Part shown: positions 27,659 to 37,055 of the stretch, in pieces
Numbering within the stretch: the first letter of the stretch is position 1
How the letters are laid out: every line of letters begins with the position of its first letter
Assembly (NCBI GenBank): GCA_963740355.1
Contig: CAVUDW010000003.1
Location: 320,001-384,000, forward strand
Direction of reading: 5' to 3'
Length of the DNA: 64,000 nucleotides
From: an uncultured Gemmatimonadaceae bacterium
Lineage (GTDB): Bacteria > Gemmatimonadota > Gemmatimonadetes > Gemmatimonadales > Gemmatimonadaceae
Program-made: the position numbers and the translations under genes
The notes under the pieces: generated by a model
The model's database searches: none
Told to the model about the DNA's origin: nothing
What the model saw: only the letters and a program-made list of their open reading frames with translations

Positions 27659-28552
27659 CTACCGCCGCAGCCCTTCCTCGAACACCGCGCGGATGAAGCG
27701 CTCGTGCCCGCCCGGCCACTCCTTTTCGTACTCGGCGCTCAGTTTCATCGCCAGCACCTGCTCGATCGTCTTCTTCGCGCGGAGCTGCTGTTGCACGCGA
27801 CCGCGCACCGTGTAGATCGCGTCGCGCCAGGCCTTGAGGCGATTGCGATCGGTGACCTGACCGTGGCCGGGGACGATCTGCGTCTGCGCATTGGTCATTG
27901 CATAGACACGATCTGCCGCGGTGATGAAGCCGTCCACGACGCCACCGCTTGCACGATCGATGAACGGCAGGCCGGTGTTGTTGAACACGTCGCCCATGTG
28001 CACGACGTTGGCCTTCATGAAGAACACGACCGCATCGCCATCGGTGTGCGCCGGCAGCACGTGCACGACGGCGACGGAATCGCCGTTGAGGTGCAGCGTC
28101 ACCGCATCCGAGAACGTCACGACCGGCAGCGCCGCATGTGGTGAGGCGGGTGCGGTGGTGTTGGTGGCCGCAATGAAGCGTTCCACGGACATGCGCTTCC
28201 GCACGTTGTCATGCGCGACGATGACGGCACCGGCATTGCCGAAATTTTCATTGCCGCCGGTGTGGTCACCATGCCAATGGGTGTTGATGACGAACTTCAC
28301 CGGCTTGTCGGTGAGCGTCTTGATGGCCGCGACGATCTTCGGCGTCAGTGGCGCAAATTGATCGTCGATGATGAAGGTGCCATCGACACCTGTCGAGACG
28401 CCGATGTTGCCGCCAGCACCGAAGAGCACGTGCAGCCCGGGCGCGAGTTGCGCCGCGCGCACTTGCACCGTGTCGTAGTTGGTCTGCGCGGAGAGCGAGG
28501 TGGCGACGCCGAACAGCGCCAGTGCAGCGACGGGGCGGATGATGGAGCGCAT
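27659..28552 (-). CDS. MBL-fold metallo-hydrolase (cyclase-like), secreted
   Basis: Signal peptide, NTHWHGDHTGGN, AHTDGD, MGD, PGHG. Confidence 0.92.
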   Translation of the reverse strand: MRSIIRPVAALALFGVATSLSAQTNYDTVQVRAAQLAPGLHVLFGAGGNIGVSTGVDGTFIIDDQFAPLTPKIVAAIKTLTDKPVKFVINTHWHGDHTGGNENFGNAGAVIVAHDNVRKRMSVERFIAATNTTAPASPHAALPVVTFSDAVTLHLNGDSVAVVHVLPAHTDGDAVVFFMKANVVHMGDVFNNTGLPFIDRASGGVVDGFITAADRVYAMTNAQTQIVPGHGQVTDRNRLKAWRDAIYTVRGRVQQQLRAKKTIEQVLAMKLSAEYEKEWPGGHERFIRAVFEEGLRR

Positions 28553-28661
28553 GGGCGGAACTCGAAGGAGAGGGAGACCCGGAGTTCGCCGGGATCGTGC
28601 AGGGAATCTCACCCTGGGGCGGCGAACCGACAGAGTGCAGCACACGGCAGGCGACGTCGCA

Positions 28662-31600
28662 CTAGTTCGGCGTGCGTGACAGCGACTTGAAGTACTCGTT
28701 CACCATCTCGCGATATTGAGCCGGCACCCCCTCGGATCCACCGAGCACCGGTCCGCCGGTTTCCGACGCGCCGATCGTTCGCCGCAGTGCGAATTCGAAC
28801 GCCTTGAGTGCGTCCACGACACCGGCGCGGAACTCCTTCATCGCCTGCTCGCTGCCCAGCACCTTCTCGCCATCGACTGCGCTGAGGCGTGCGATGGCTC
28901 GGTCCAGCTCGCGGGTGTCCACCCCCGTGCCGGCAACCGAACGACGCAGTTGTTGCGCGGCCTCACGCCGAGCGCGCAATTCGCGGGACAGTTGGCGCGC
29001 TTCCTCGACTGTGAACGACTCGCCAGCGCCAGCGCGCCCAGGACCACCCTGTCCGGCGCCGCCAGACTGCTGGCCGTCACGGTTTCCGCCGCTGCCACCC
29101 GTCGCGCCGGATTGACCCTGACCCTGACCTAGGCCCTGACCTTGGCCCTGACCCTGTCCTTGGCCTTGGCCCTGACCATTTGCGCGCTGACCCTGCCCCT
29201 GCCCTTGGGCCTGGCCCTGCTGCCCTTGGCCCGGTCGCCCGCTTTGTGACTCGCCCTGCCCTTGCCCCGTCTGGCCAGCGCGACCAGCGCCCACAGGCGC
29301 GCGCGACTGCCGCTCCTGCAGCCGATCGTCGAGTGAGCTGAGACCGCGCACGAGATCGCGCGCCTGCGCCAAGGCCCGCGACGACTTCTGCGCCGAATCA
29401 CGCCCCGCGAGTGCAGCGCCCGCGGCTCCCGCGACACGCTGCTCCAGACTGTCGAGATCCTGCTGGATCGAACGCTCGAGACTCTTCCCGTACGCCGCCG
29501 ATCCCCCGGAACGAAGTACATCGCGCGAGTATCGGATCTTGTCGCCGAGTCGTGATTCACGCACCGACGATGCGGCCTCCTGCGCCGCGCGGGCGGCGCG
29601 AGGATTCGTGCCGCGATTCTCGCGCGCCAGGCGATCGAGATCACTCGACAGCGCCTTCACCCGTTCCTCCATGCCGGCCTTTCGTTCGTCGAGTCGTCGC
29701 TGACGTTCCGCGCGATCGGCACCGGCGTTGCCGAGTTGCTCGACATCCCGCTGCACATCGCGCTGCTCTTCCGCGAGCGCACGCGCACGCGCGGTCGCAT
29801 CACTCAGGCCACTTCCGGCTGCCTGGTCGCGCGCAGACTCGAGCGCACGACGCGCCGATTCGAGGCGGTCCGACGCCGCCTGCGCCGCACCGGCGCCGCC
29901 GGACGCTGCCGAGCGACGCATGGATTCCGCCGCCTTCCGCATTTCCTGCGCAGTCGCTTCCATCTCGCGCGACTGCTGTTCGCGCGCCAGCCGCTCAAGT
30001 TGTCGCGCCGCCTGCTCCGTCTCTTCAGCGAGCTGACGCTGCGCTCCACCGCCGCCACCCGCCGAGGCACCGGATTGCTGCGCGCGCTGACGGGCCAGTT
30101 CCTGCTGCTGCCGCGCCGCCAGCTGCTTCAGCCGCTCGAGCGTTTCGTCAGTCTTTCGCGCACCGCTCTCCTCGCGACTCCGCTGCACCTGGTCATACTG
30201 GTTCCGCATCTTGTCGGTCTCGAGCTCCAGCAGATCCGCCAGATCGGAAGCACTGGCGGCGCCGCCGCCACCACCGCCGCCACCTTGCTGCTGCATGCTG
30301 ACCTGTACCTCGCGGAACGCCGCCTCCGCCTTTTCCAGCCACTGCAATGCGCGCTGCTCAGGCGCGAGCGCATCGGCGGTCTTGCCCTGCACCAGCAGTT
30401 CCTCGGCCGACTGCATTTCGGTCGCCGCCTTCGGCAGCACATCCGCGAGGATCCTGAAGCTGGTGTCCGCCGCCTGTGCCGCAGGGCGCGCCACACGCTT
30501 GAGCAAGGCGGTCAACTCCTCTCGCAACCGTCCCTGCGAAAGATGCAACGTGCTGATGTCGCCACGCAGCGTGGCCGCATTCGTTCGCGCACGGTCGCGC
30601 TCAGTCTTGAAGGTGCCAGCGACGATGTCGCGCTGTCGCTGGACGAGTGACCCCGGATTCATCTCCTGCGGTCCACCGCCCTCACCACCGCCACCTTGCT
30701 GGTTCTGCTTGTACTCGCGACTGAAGGGACGAATCGTGAGGAACTGGATGTCACTTGCACCCGGCTTTGGCCGGGGACGTTGATCGTTATCCAGAGCCCG
30801 AGCGTAGTAGCTGATCACATCGCCCTGCTTCAGCCCCATCTCCTCGAGGAAGAGTGTGTGCGACGCGATCACTTCACGCGGACGCACTCCACTGCCCTCG
30901 GCGAGCGTGATTGCCTTCTCGTCACCACCGTTGACGCGATAGACCAGCTCCAGCTTCCCGACGCCGTAGTCGTCCGTCGCCTCGGCCTCGATCATCACTT
31001 CGTCGACGTTGGTTGGCCGGAGATCGCGGCCCGGCTGCTTGATGCGCACTGATGGCGCGGCGTCATCCAGCGCGTCGACGGCATACTCGACCGAACCACG
31101 CACGACGGTACCATCGGTCGACGTCAGCTCGACGCGATAGAAGCCATCGCGACGAATCGTCACGCGGGCAGCGACCGTGGAGTCATCGAGGCGCTGGAGT
31201 GGAACCGTCGTTCCATCATCGAACACCAGTGTGCCCGATGCGACAGGCCGAGTCGCGTGCACGCGCAGCAATGCGGCCGTGCCACCGGGTGCCGCGATGT
31301 CGCCACCGTCCTCGGTGACGTCTGGTGGCATGTTCATGTATGACGGGTACCGCAGCTCGACACCGATGCGATCGACACCTGGCAGATCCTTCACTGTCAG
31401 GCGCCCGGTGATGGAGCGCACGCCGCCCGCTTCCGCGTAGTACTCGGCATCCTCGGCAACGTCGAGCAGTCGAACGACGAACGCGCCGCGCGCCGCACCG
31501 ATGCCCATCGGGATTCGCTCCCACTCTGCACTCGTGCCACGCCGCACCATCATGTCGACCGCCTCACTCTCGAACCCACCGAGTGCGGCGGAGAGCTGCA

Positions 31601-32237
31601 CATCACTGCCACGCGGGACGACCAGCGACTTTGGTTCGAGCGCAATCGAGTACACTGGCGATGCAGTGGCATCCTTCCACGGCGACAGCAGATGGCGCGC
31701 ACCGGTGCGCAGGAATGCCGGCCCGAACTGAAACGCGAGAGCGGCCAGCGCGACGGCTCCGAACGCAATCGACAACGCGCGAATCGTCGTCGGGCGCTCG
31801 AGCAGCGGGACGGTGGGCGAACTGCCGAGGCGACGGGTGGCATCGGCCACGAGTCCGCGCTCGAGCATCACCGAATGACCAGTCTCCGCGTGCGGCCGCA
31901 ACGTGACGGCGGAGTGCACCGCGCCACCCAGTTGCGGCACACGTTCCTCGAGATAGAGCGCAAGGCGATCATCGGGCAGGCGGCGCATCAACGGCCAGGC
32001 GATCCAGCGTCCAACCACAACCGCTGTCACGATCGCAAGGACGGCACGTGTGACGGTGATCGCATCCGGTGCGAAGCGCGTCGCTTCGAGCGCAAGCGAG
32101 CCAGCGGCAAGCACGAGGACGACGGCGCAGGTCGTGATGGCCGCGCCTACGGCGAGATGACGGAGACGCCAGCGGCGACGAGCCCGTTGCAGCAGTGATG
32201 ACAGCGATGCGGCGGCGTGCAATCTCGGTGCGGTCAT
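28662..32237 (-). CDS. DUF4175-like membrane-anchored Ig/coiled-coil protein
   Basis: Three N-terminal TM helices, DDYGV motif, long Q/G-rich coiled coil, C-terminal VPAQYREMVNEYFKSLS. Confidence 0.8.
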   Translation of the reverse strand: MTAPRLHAAASLSSLLQRARRRWRLRHLAVGAAITTCAVVLVLAAGSLALEATRFAPDAITVTRAVLAIVTAVVVGRWIAWPLMRRLPDDRLALYLEERVPQLGGAVHSAVTLRPHAETGHSVMLERGLVADATRRLGSSPTVPLLERPTTIRALSIAFGAVALAALAFQFGPAFLRTGARHLLSPWKDATASPVYSIALEPKSLVVPRGSDVQLSAALGGFESEAVDMMVRRGTSAEWERIPMGIGAARGAFVVRLLDVAEDAEYYAEAGGVRSITGRLTVKDLPGVDRIGVELRYPSYMNMPPDVTEDGGDIAAPGGTAALLRVHATRPVASGTLVFDDGTTVPLQRLDDSTVAARVTIRRDGFYRVELTSTDGTVVRGSVEYAVDALDDAAPSVRIKQPGRDLRPTNVDEVMIEAEATDDYGVGKLELVYRVNGGDEKAITLAEGSGVRPREVIASHTLFLEEMGLKQGDVISYYARALDNDQRPRPKPGASDIQFLTIRPFSREYKQNQQGGGGEGGGPQEMNPGSLVQRQRDIVAGTFKTERDRARTNAATLRGDISTLHLSQGRLREELTALLKRVARPAAQAADTSFRILADVLPKAATEMQSAEELLVQGKTADALAPEQRALQWLEKAEAAFREVQVSMQQQGGGGGGGGAASASDLADLLELETDKMRNQYDQVQRSREESGARKTDETLERLKQLAARQQQELARQRAQQSGASAGGGGGAQRQLAEETEQAARQLERLAREQQSREMEATAQEMRKAAESMRRSAASGGAGAAQAASDRLESARRALESARDQAAGSGLSDATARARALAEEQRDVQRDVEQLGNAGADRAERQRRLDERKAGMEERVKALSSDLDRLARENRGTNPRAARAAQEAASSVRESRLGDKIRYSRDVLRSGGSAAYGKSLERSIQQDLDSLEQRVAGAAGAALAGRDSAQKSSRALAQARDLVRGLSSLDDRLQERQSRAPVGAGRAGQTGQGQGESQSGRPGQGQQGQAQGQGQGQRANGQGQGQGQGQGQGQGLGQGQGQSGATGGSGGNRDGQQSGGAGQGGPGRAGAGESFTVEEARQLSRELRARREAAQQLRRSVAGTGVDTRELDRAIARLSAVDGEKVLGSEQAMKEFRAGVVDALKAFEFALRRTIGASETGGPVLGGSEGVPAQYREMVNEYFKSLSRTPN
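29113..29270 (-). repeat. Coding (Gly-Gln)n hexamer repeat
   Basis: Degenerate 6-bp units encoding GQGQGQ inside the DUF4175-like gene. Confidence 0.8.
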
Positions 32238-32281
32238 GGTAGTCGCATCCGGTTGGCGTCCATGCGGGGATGATGCATATG

Positions 32282-34345
32282 CTACTCGAGGGCAGGCGTC
32301 TGCGTTGCCGCCCGGCGCGCCACGATGCTTTCCGCAATCAGCAGCAGGCCTGCGGCGATCAGCAGGTACCACCAGGTCGACTGCCGCGATTCGCGATCCG
32401 CCAGGGTCTCCGACTCCGGCGTCGCGCCGTTGGTTGGTGATGTGCTGGTGGTGCTCGTCAGCGCCGTCGTGAGTCGCACGACGTCGAAGGATGCGAAATC
32501 GAGCTCGGCCGGCGCGACGTTGGCCGCCACGAGCAGCGGGCGCGCACCAGGCGAGCCACCTGGCCGGAGTTCGAACACACCAGCCTCCGTGAGCTCGAGA
32601 GCCGCGGGCGCGTCGGCACCACCGACGGTCGTGCGTGCACCCGACGGTGCGGTCGCGATCCACCGACCGTCCGATGGCAACACCACCGTCGACAGGTCGA
32701 CCGGCCGCACACTCGCGCCAATCTCGAGCGCACGCGGCGCATCGCGCCAGCTTGCGGCGTATCGGGCCAGCTGCTGAACCAAGGGAAGAAAGGCGGCCTG
32801 ACGTGGCAGGTCATTCCACGTACCATCGAGGCTCGATCCGAAGGTCAGCACACGGCCGCGACCCACGGCATGCTCGGTGAGCGCAGGCGTCCCATCGTCG
32901 AAGCGCGCCAACACGCCGGATGTCGTATCCACCGCGCGGTACTTGTAGAAACGCGCCGCGGCGAGATCGCCCGCACGCGGGCCGGACAGCAACGCCAACG
33001 CGGGGTGCCGGCCATCGACGACGCCAAGCACGGCGCCGCTCCCCCCAAGCCGATCCGTCGCCGGCCGGATCGCGCCGGGAATTAGTGCGCGGGCCGCGCC
33101 AGTCCACACGCGAGCATTCGCCTGCTCGCCGAGTGCCACGATCAATCCGCCACCGTTTTCCACGAATTGCGCCAGCGGCGCTGCACCGATGCCTGATGGA
33201 AAGGCCCCATCGGCCAGAATCACGAGTCGCCGGCCAGGGAGGTCGGCGGCCGTGGCGCGACCCGGCGCGCGGCTCGTGATCTCGAAGCTCGGTGCATCTC
33301 CGATCGCCAGCGCACGCGTCAGGAACGGCGTCGAACGCCCCTCGATCACCAGCACAGGCAGCACCGGCGCCTGCGCCATCAGGAAATGAAATGCGTCGTC
33401 TCCGGGGATCGAATCCGCGGCCAGCACCACTCGCGCGGGCACGGCCGCCGGCTGCATCGGCACCGGCGCAAAGCTGACTGACGCGCCACCGTCGCGCGGC
33501 AGGTCGACGGCACGCTGCTCGATCACGCGCCCACCGACTTCCAGCTGGACTGAAACCCCGCGCGCCGCAGGACCAAGGTTGGCGATCCGCGCGCTCACGA
33601 TCACTTGTGCGGGCCCGCCCACCGTGCGTCGGTCGCGTCGCACATCCACCGACCTCACCGCGCGATCCGAAACCGGCGTGCCACCACTGACATCGAGGGG
33701 CGTGAGTTCGGTGCCAGGCGGCAGGCGCGATTCCTCAGTGATATCCCATGCGGTGCGCTGAAAATCGGAGACCACCACCAACGCCCTGCGAGGTGCATCA
33801 CTGGCGGCGAGGCGCTGCTGCGCCACGGCAATCGCTGGCGCGAGCCGCGTGGACTCGTCGCTCGGCTTCAGTGAATCGAGGCCGGTGCGAAGCTGCGCCA
33901 CATCGCCGGTGGCGGCAGTGACAGCACTTGCACGCCGATCGAACGGCACGAGCGTCATCCGATCGCCGGGCGCCAGCGTGCGTATGACGCTGTCCACTGC
34001 AGCGCGCGCCTTCGTCCAGCGTTGACCGACGCGCATCGAGAACGAACGATCGAGCAGGACGACCACTTCCCGTCGACGCTGATCGACGCCACCCACCACG
34101 GGTCGCGGGCCCAGCACCGGTCGCGCAAACGCCAGCACGAGTGCAACGATCGCCAGGGCGCGCAACAGAAGCAGCCACGGGTCGCGAAGGTGCCGGCGCG
34201 AGGTGAACGGCGACGGTGTACGCTCGAGAAACATGAGCGATGGGAACGCCACCGGGTCGCGTTTCTCCTTCTGGACGAGGTGCACCAGTAGCGGGATCGC
34301 GATCGCGGCCAGGCCAAGCAGGAAAAGCGGTGCAAGCAGCGGCAT
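32282..34345 (-). CDS. BatA-domain vWA membrane protein
   Basis: LLGLAAIAIPLLVHL...FPSLMFL...LLLRAL...FARP, DRSFSM MIDAS motif, VSDFQ, C-terminal TM helix. Confidence 0.9.
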   Translation of the reverse strand: MPLLAPLFLLGLAAIAIPLLVHLVQKEKRDPVAFPSLMFLERTPSPFTSRRHLRDPWLLLLRALAIVALVLAFARPVLGPRPVVGGVDQRRREVVVLLDRSFSMRVGQRWTKARAAVDSVIRTLAPGDRMTLVPFDRRASAVTAATGDVAQLRTGLDSLKPSDESTRLAPAIAVAQQRLAASDAPRRALVVVSDFQRTAWDITEESRLPPGTELTPLDVSGGTPVSDRAVRSVDVRRDRRTVGGPAQVIVSARIANLGPAARGVSVQLEVGGRVIEQRAVDLPRDGGASVSFAPVPMQPAAVPARVVLAADSIPGDDAFHFLMAQAPVLPVLVIEGRSTPFLTRALAIGDAPSFEITSRAPGRATAADLPGRRLVILADGAFPSGIGAAPLAQFVENGGGLIVALGEQANARVWTGAARALIPGAIRPATDRLGGSGAVLGVVDGRHPALALLSGPRAGDLAAARFYKYRAVDTTSGVLARFDDGTPALTEHAVGRGRVLTFGSSLDGTWNDLPRQAAFLPLVQQLARYAASWRDAPRALEIGASVRPVDLSTVVLPSDGRWIATAPSGARTTVGGADAPAALELTEAGVFELRPGGSPGARPLLVAANVAPAELDFASFDVVRLTTALTSTTSTSPTNGATPESETLADRESRQSTWWYLLIAAGLLLIAESIVARRAATQTPALE

Positions 34346-35262
34346 CAGACGGCCGTGCGCAGGAACTCGCGCCGAAGCAGGACATCGAACAACACGCGGT
34401 CCAGCGGTTGCGAGGTGTCGACGAGGCTGTAGTCCACGCGCCCACCACCCAGCTTCGATCGCATCAGCTTGAGATGGGATTCCATCGCAGCCACGTAGCG
34501 TTCCCGCATCCGGCCGGGACTCACCGGCAGCCGTTCGCCGCTTTCGAGATCGCGAAAGGTGGTCGCGTCACTGAACGGGAAGGTGCGTTCCGCAGCGTCG
34601 AGCAACTGAAAAACGATCACGTCGTGCCCAGCCCCGGTCAGCGGTCCGAGCGCTCGCAGCACGTCGGCGGCAGGTTCATAGAGATCGGAGATCAGCACGA
34701 AGATTCCACGACGGCGCTGTGATTGCGCCACCTTCGACAGCGGCCGCGCCAGCGATCCGGTACCCGCCGCTGTCGCGCGCTCCAATGCGTGCAACACGTT
34801 GGGCAGGTGTCGCGCCGACGGCGGCACGATCTCGCGAACGTCGTCAGCAAAGGTCACCAGCCCGACCCGATCACGCTGCCGGCGCGAGAACCACGACAGC
34901 GTCGCAGCCACCAACTTGGCGTAAGCCAGCTTGGTGATACCGCCGTGCGCGTATCCCATTGATGCCGACACATCGAGCAACACCGTGAAATTGGTGTTCG
35001 TATCCGCTTCGTATGTCTTGAGATAGGTGCGCTCGGTCCGCGCGTAGACCCGCCAGTCGACATGTCGGATGTCGTCGCCGGGCACGTAGGGCCGATGCTC
35101 GGCGAAGTCGGTCGAGAATCCGAGATGCGGCGATCGGTGCAGTCCGGAGATGAACCCTTCCACCACCCAGCGCGCCACCAGCTCGAGGTTGCCGATGCGC
35201 GCGAGGGCTGCAGGGTCCATGACGAGGCGCTCAGCCACGCCCGCTCCGACGCTGACCGACAT
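34345..35262 (-). CDS. DUF58 family protein
   Basis: GLHRSPHLGFSTDFAEHRPYVPGDDIRHVDW, DVSASM, ISD. Confidence 0.93.
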   Translation of the reverse strand: MSVSVGAGVAERLVMDPAALARIGNLELVARWVVEGFISGLHRSPHLGFSTDFAEHRPYVPGDDIRHVDWRVYARTERTYLKTYEADTNTNFTVLLDVSASMGYAHGGITKLAYAKLVAATLSWFSRRQRDRVGLVTFADDVREIVPPSARHLPNVLHALERATAAGTGSLARPLSKVAQSQRRRGIFVLISDLYEPAADVLRALGPLTGAGHDVIVFQLLDAAERTFPFSDATTFRDLESGERLPVSPGRMRERYVAAMESHLKLMRSKLGGGRVDYSLVDTSQPLDRVLFDVLLRREFLRTAV

Positions 35263-35265
35263 GCA

Positions 35266-36303
35266 TCACGCCAATCCAGCCGTTGGGCGAGGCACGGCCT
35301 TCAACAGGATCTCCACCAACTGATCGGTGGTGACCTTCTCGGCCTGCGCGTGGAAGTTGAGCAATACGCGATGACGCAGTACCGGTGCCGCGAGTGCAGC
35401 GATGTCCTCGAAGCTGACGTGGTAGCGGCCGTGCAGCAGTGCACGCGCCTTGCCGCCGAGCACCAGGTACTGTGCGGCGCGCACCGAGGCGCCATAGCTC
35501 ACCCACTCCTTCACCTGCGGTGGGGCCATCGGCGAGTCCGGCCGCGAGGCCCGCACCAGATGCACGGCATACCGCGCCACCGCGTCAGACACGGGAACAC
35601 GCCGCACCAGCTGTTGGTAGGCCACGATCTCGGCCGCTGTCATGACGCGCCGGAACTCGTGGCGCTGAATCGCCGTCGTCTGCTGCACCACCTGCAGTTC
35701 CTCATCTTCGGTGAGGTATCCCACCACCACCTGGAACATGAATCGATCGAGCTGCGCCTCGGGGAGCGGATACGTGCCTTCGAGCTCGATCGGATTCTGC
35801 GTGGCGAACACGAAGAACGGCGCCTCCAGCGGGTAGGTCCGCCCCTGCACCGTCACGCGCCGCTCCTGCATCGCTTCCAGCAGCGCGGCCTGTGTCTTGG
35901 GCGGCGTGCGATTCACTTCATCGGCGAGCAGGATGTTCGTGAACAACGGACCGGGCACGAACGCCATCCGCCGCCGCCCCGTCTCGGCGTCCTCCTGGAT
36001 GATGTCCGTCCCTGTGATGTCACTCGGCATCAGGTCCGGCGTGAACTGTACGCGCGCAAACTTCAGGTCGAGCACCTGCGCCATCGCGTGAACGAGCAGT
36101 GTCTTCGCGAGCCCCGGCACCCCGACGATGAGGCAGTTGCCGCCGGCGAACAGCGCAATCAGCGCCTGCTCGACCACCGCTTCCTGGCCCACGATCAACT
36201 TGCGCAGCTCGGCGAGAATCGCGGTGCGGCCGTCCCGAAGGCGATCGGCCAGCGCAACGTCATCCACGGCAGCGAGGGGACTGGGAGTGTTGTCAGCAGG
36301 CAT
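35266..36303 (-). CDS. moxR: MoxR family AAA+ ATPase
   Basis: GVPGLAKT, QFTPDLMPSDITG, ADEVNRTPPKTQAALLEAMQE, ATQNPIELEGTYPLPEAQLDRF. Confidence 0.96.
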   Translation of the reverse strand: MPADNTPSPLAAVDDVALADRLRDGRTAILAELRKLIVGQEAVVEQALIALFAGGNCLIVGVPGLAKTLLVHAMAQVLDLKFARVQFTPDLMPSDITGTDIIQEDAETGRRRMAFVPGPLFTNILLADEVNRTPPKTQAALLEAMQERRVTVQGRTYPLEAPFFVFATQNPIELEGTYPLPEAQLDRFMFQVVVGYLTEDEELQVVQQTTAIQRHEFRRVMTAAEIVAYQQLVRRVPVSDAVARYAVHLVRASRPDSPMAPPQVKEWVSYGASVRAAQYLVLGGKARALLHGRYHVSFEDIAALAAPVLRHRVLLNFHAQAEKVTTDQLVEILLKAVPRPTAGLA

Positions 36304-36305
36304 TT

Positions 36306-37055
36306 TCAGTGAGTGAGTGCGTAGACGACGTAGTTCACCGCAAGCTTGTACGCTTCGTTCGTGAGCGCGATCGGGAGCAGGCCCTGATCGGAGAATTCCA
36401 TGTAGTCGCCGATGTCGTTGTTGAAGTTGGCGATCATGACCAGGCGTTTCGACGAGTCGTTGTCCTCGTAAGCGCCCCAGAACTCCGATTTCACACCGAA
36501 GTTCGGATGTGACATCTCGAGGTTCTCGATGCGGAAGAACGAATCGAAGATCGGATTCGACGCATCCAGCTTCACCGGCACCAGCGTCGGGAATGCCGTC
36601 CGCCACTTCTCCTCGAAATTCAACCAGTGCCGACCGGCGAAATCATCGAAGATGATGAAGCCACCCTTGTTCACGTATGCCTGCACGCCCGCGAGCTCCT
36701 CTGGGCTCATGGTCCAGAAACCCGGCTCGGACACGTAAGCCACCGGGTAGCGATAGATGTCCTTGTCGGCGAACGAGAGGATGTTCGAGCCGTCGAGTCG
36801 CGGCTTCATGGTCGACACTTCATCGAGGATCTTCATGAAGTGTGTTTCCGACGTCGGGTAGTCGTGATCCCACTTCAGGTCACGTCCCCCACCCAGCGGC
36901 TCGAATTTCACGCGCACGAAGGTGAAGCGACCGTCGTAGCGCACATTCGGATTCGGTGTCTCGCCGGGCGACGCGCGGCGGAAGCGCTGCGCCGGCAATG
37001 CAAGTAGCGGCAGCGTGAAGAGCGCAACGAGCCACCAGCGATTGCGTCGGGTCAT
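36306..37055 (-). CDS. DUF4159 family secreted protein
   Basis: W.HDYP, YVSEPG, GGFIIFDDF, NNDIGD, NYVVYALTH. Confidence 0.88.
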   Translation of the reverse strand: MTRRNRWWLVALFTLPLLALPAQRFRRASPGETPNPNVRYDGRFTFVRVKFEPLGGGRDLKWDHDYPTSETHFMKILDEVSTMKPRLDGSNILSFADKDIYRYPVAYVSEPGFWTMSPEELAGVQAYVNKGGFIIFDDFAGRHWLNFEEKWRTAFPTLVPVKLDASNPIFDSFFRIENLEMSHPNFGVKSEFWGAYEDNDSSKRLVMIANFNNDIGDYMEFSDQGLLPIALTNEAYKLAVNYVVYALTH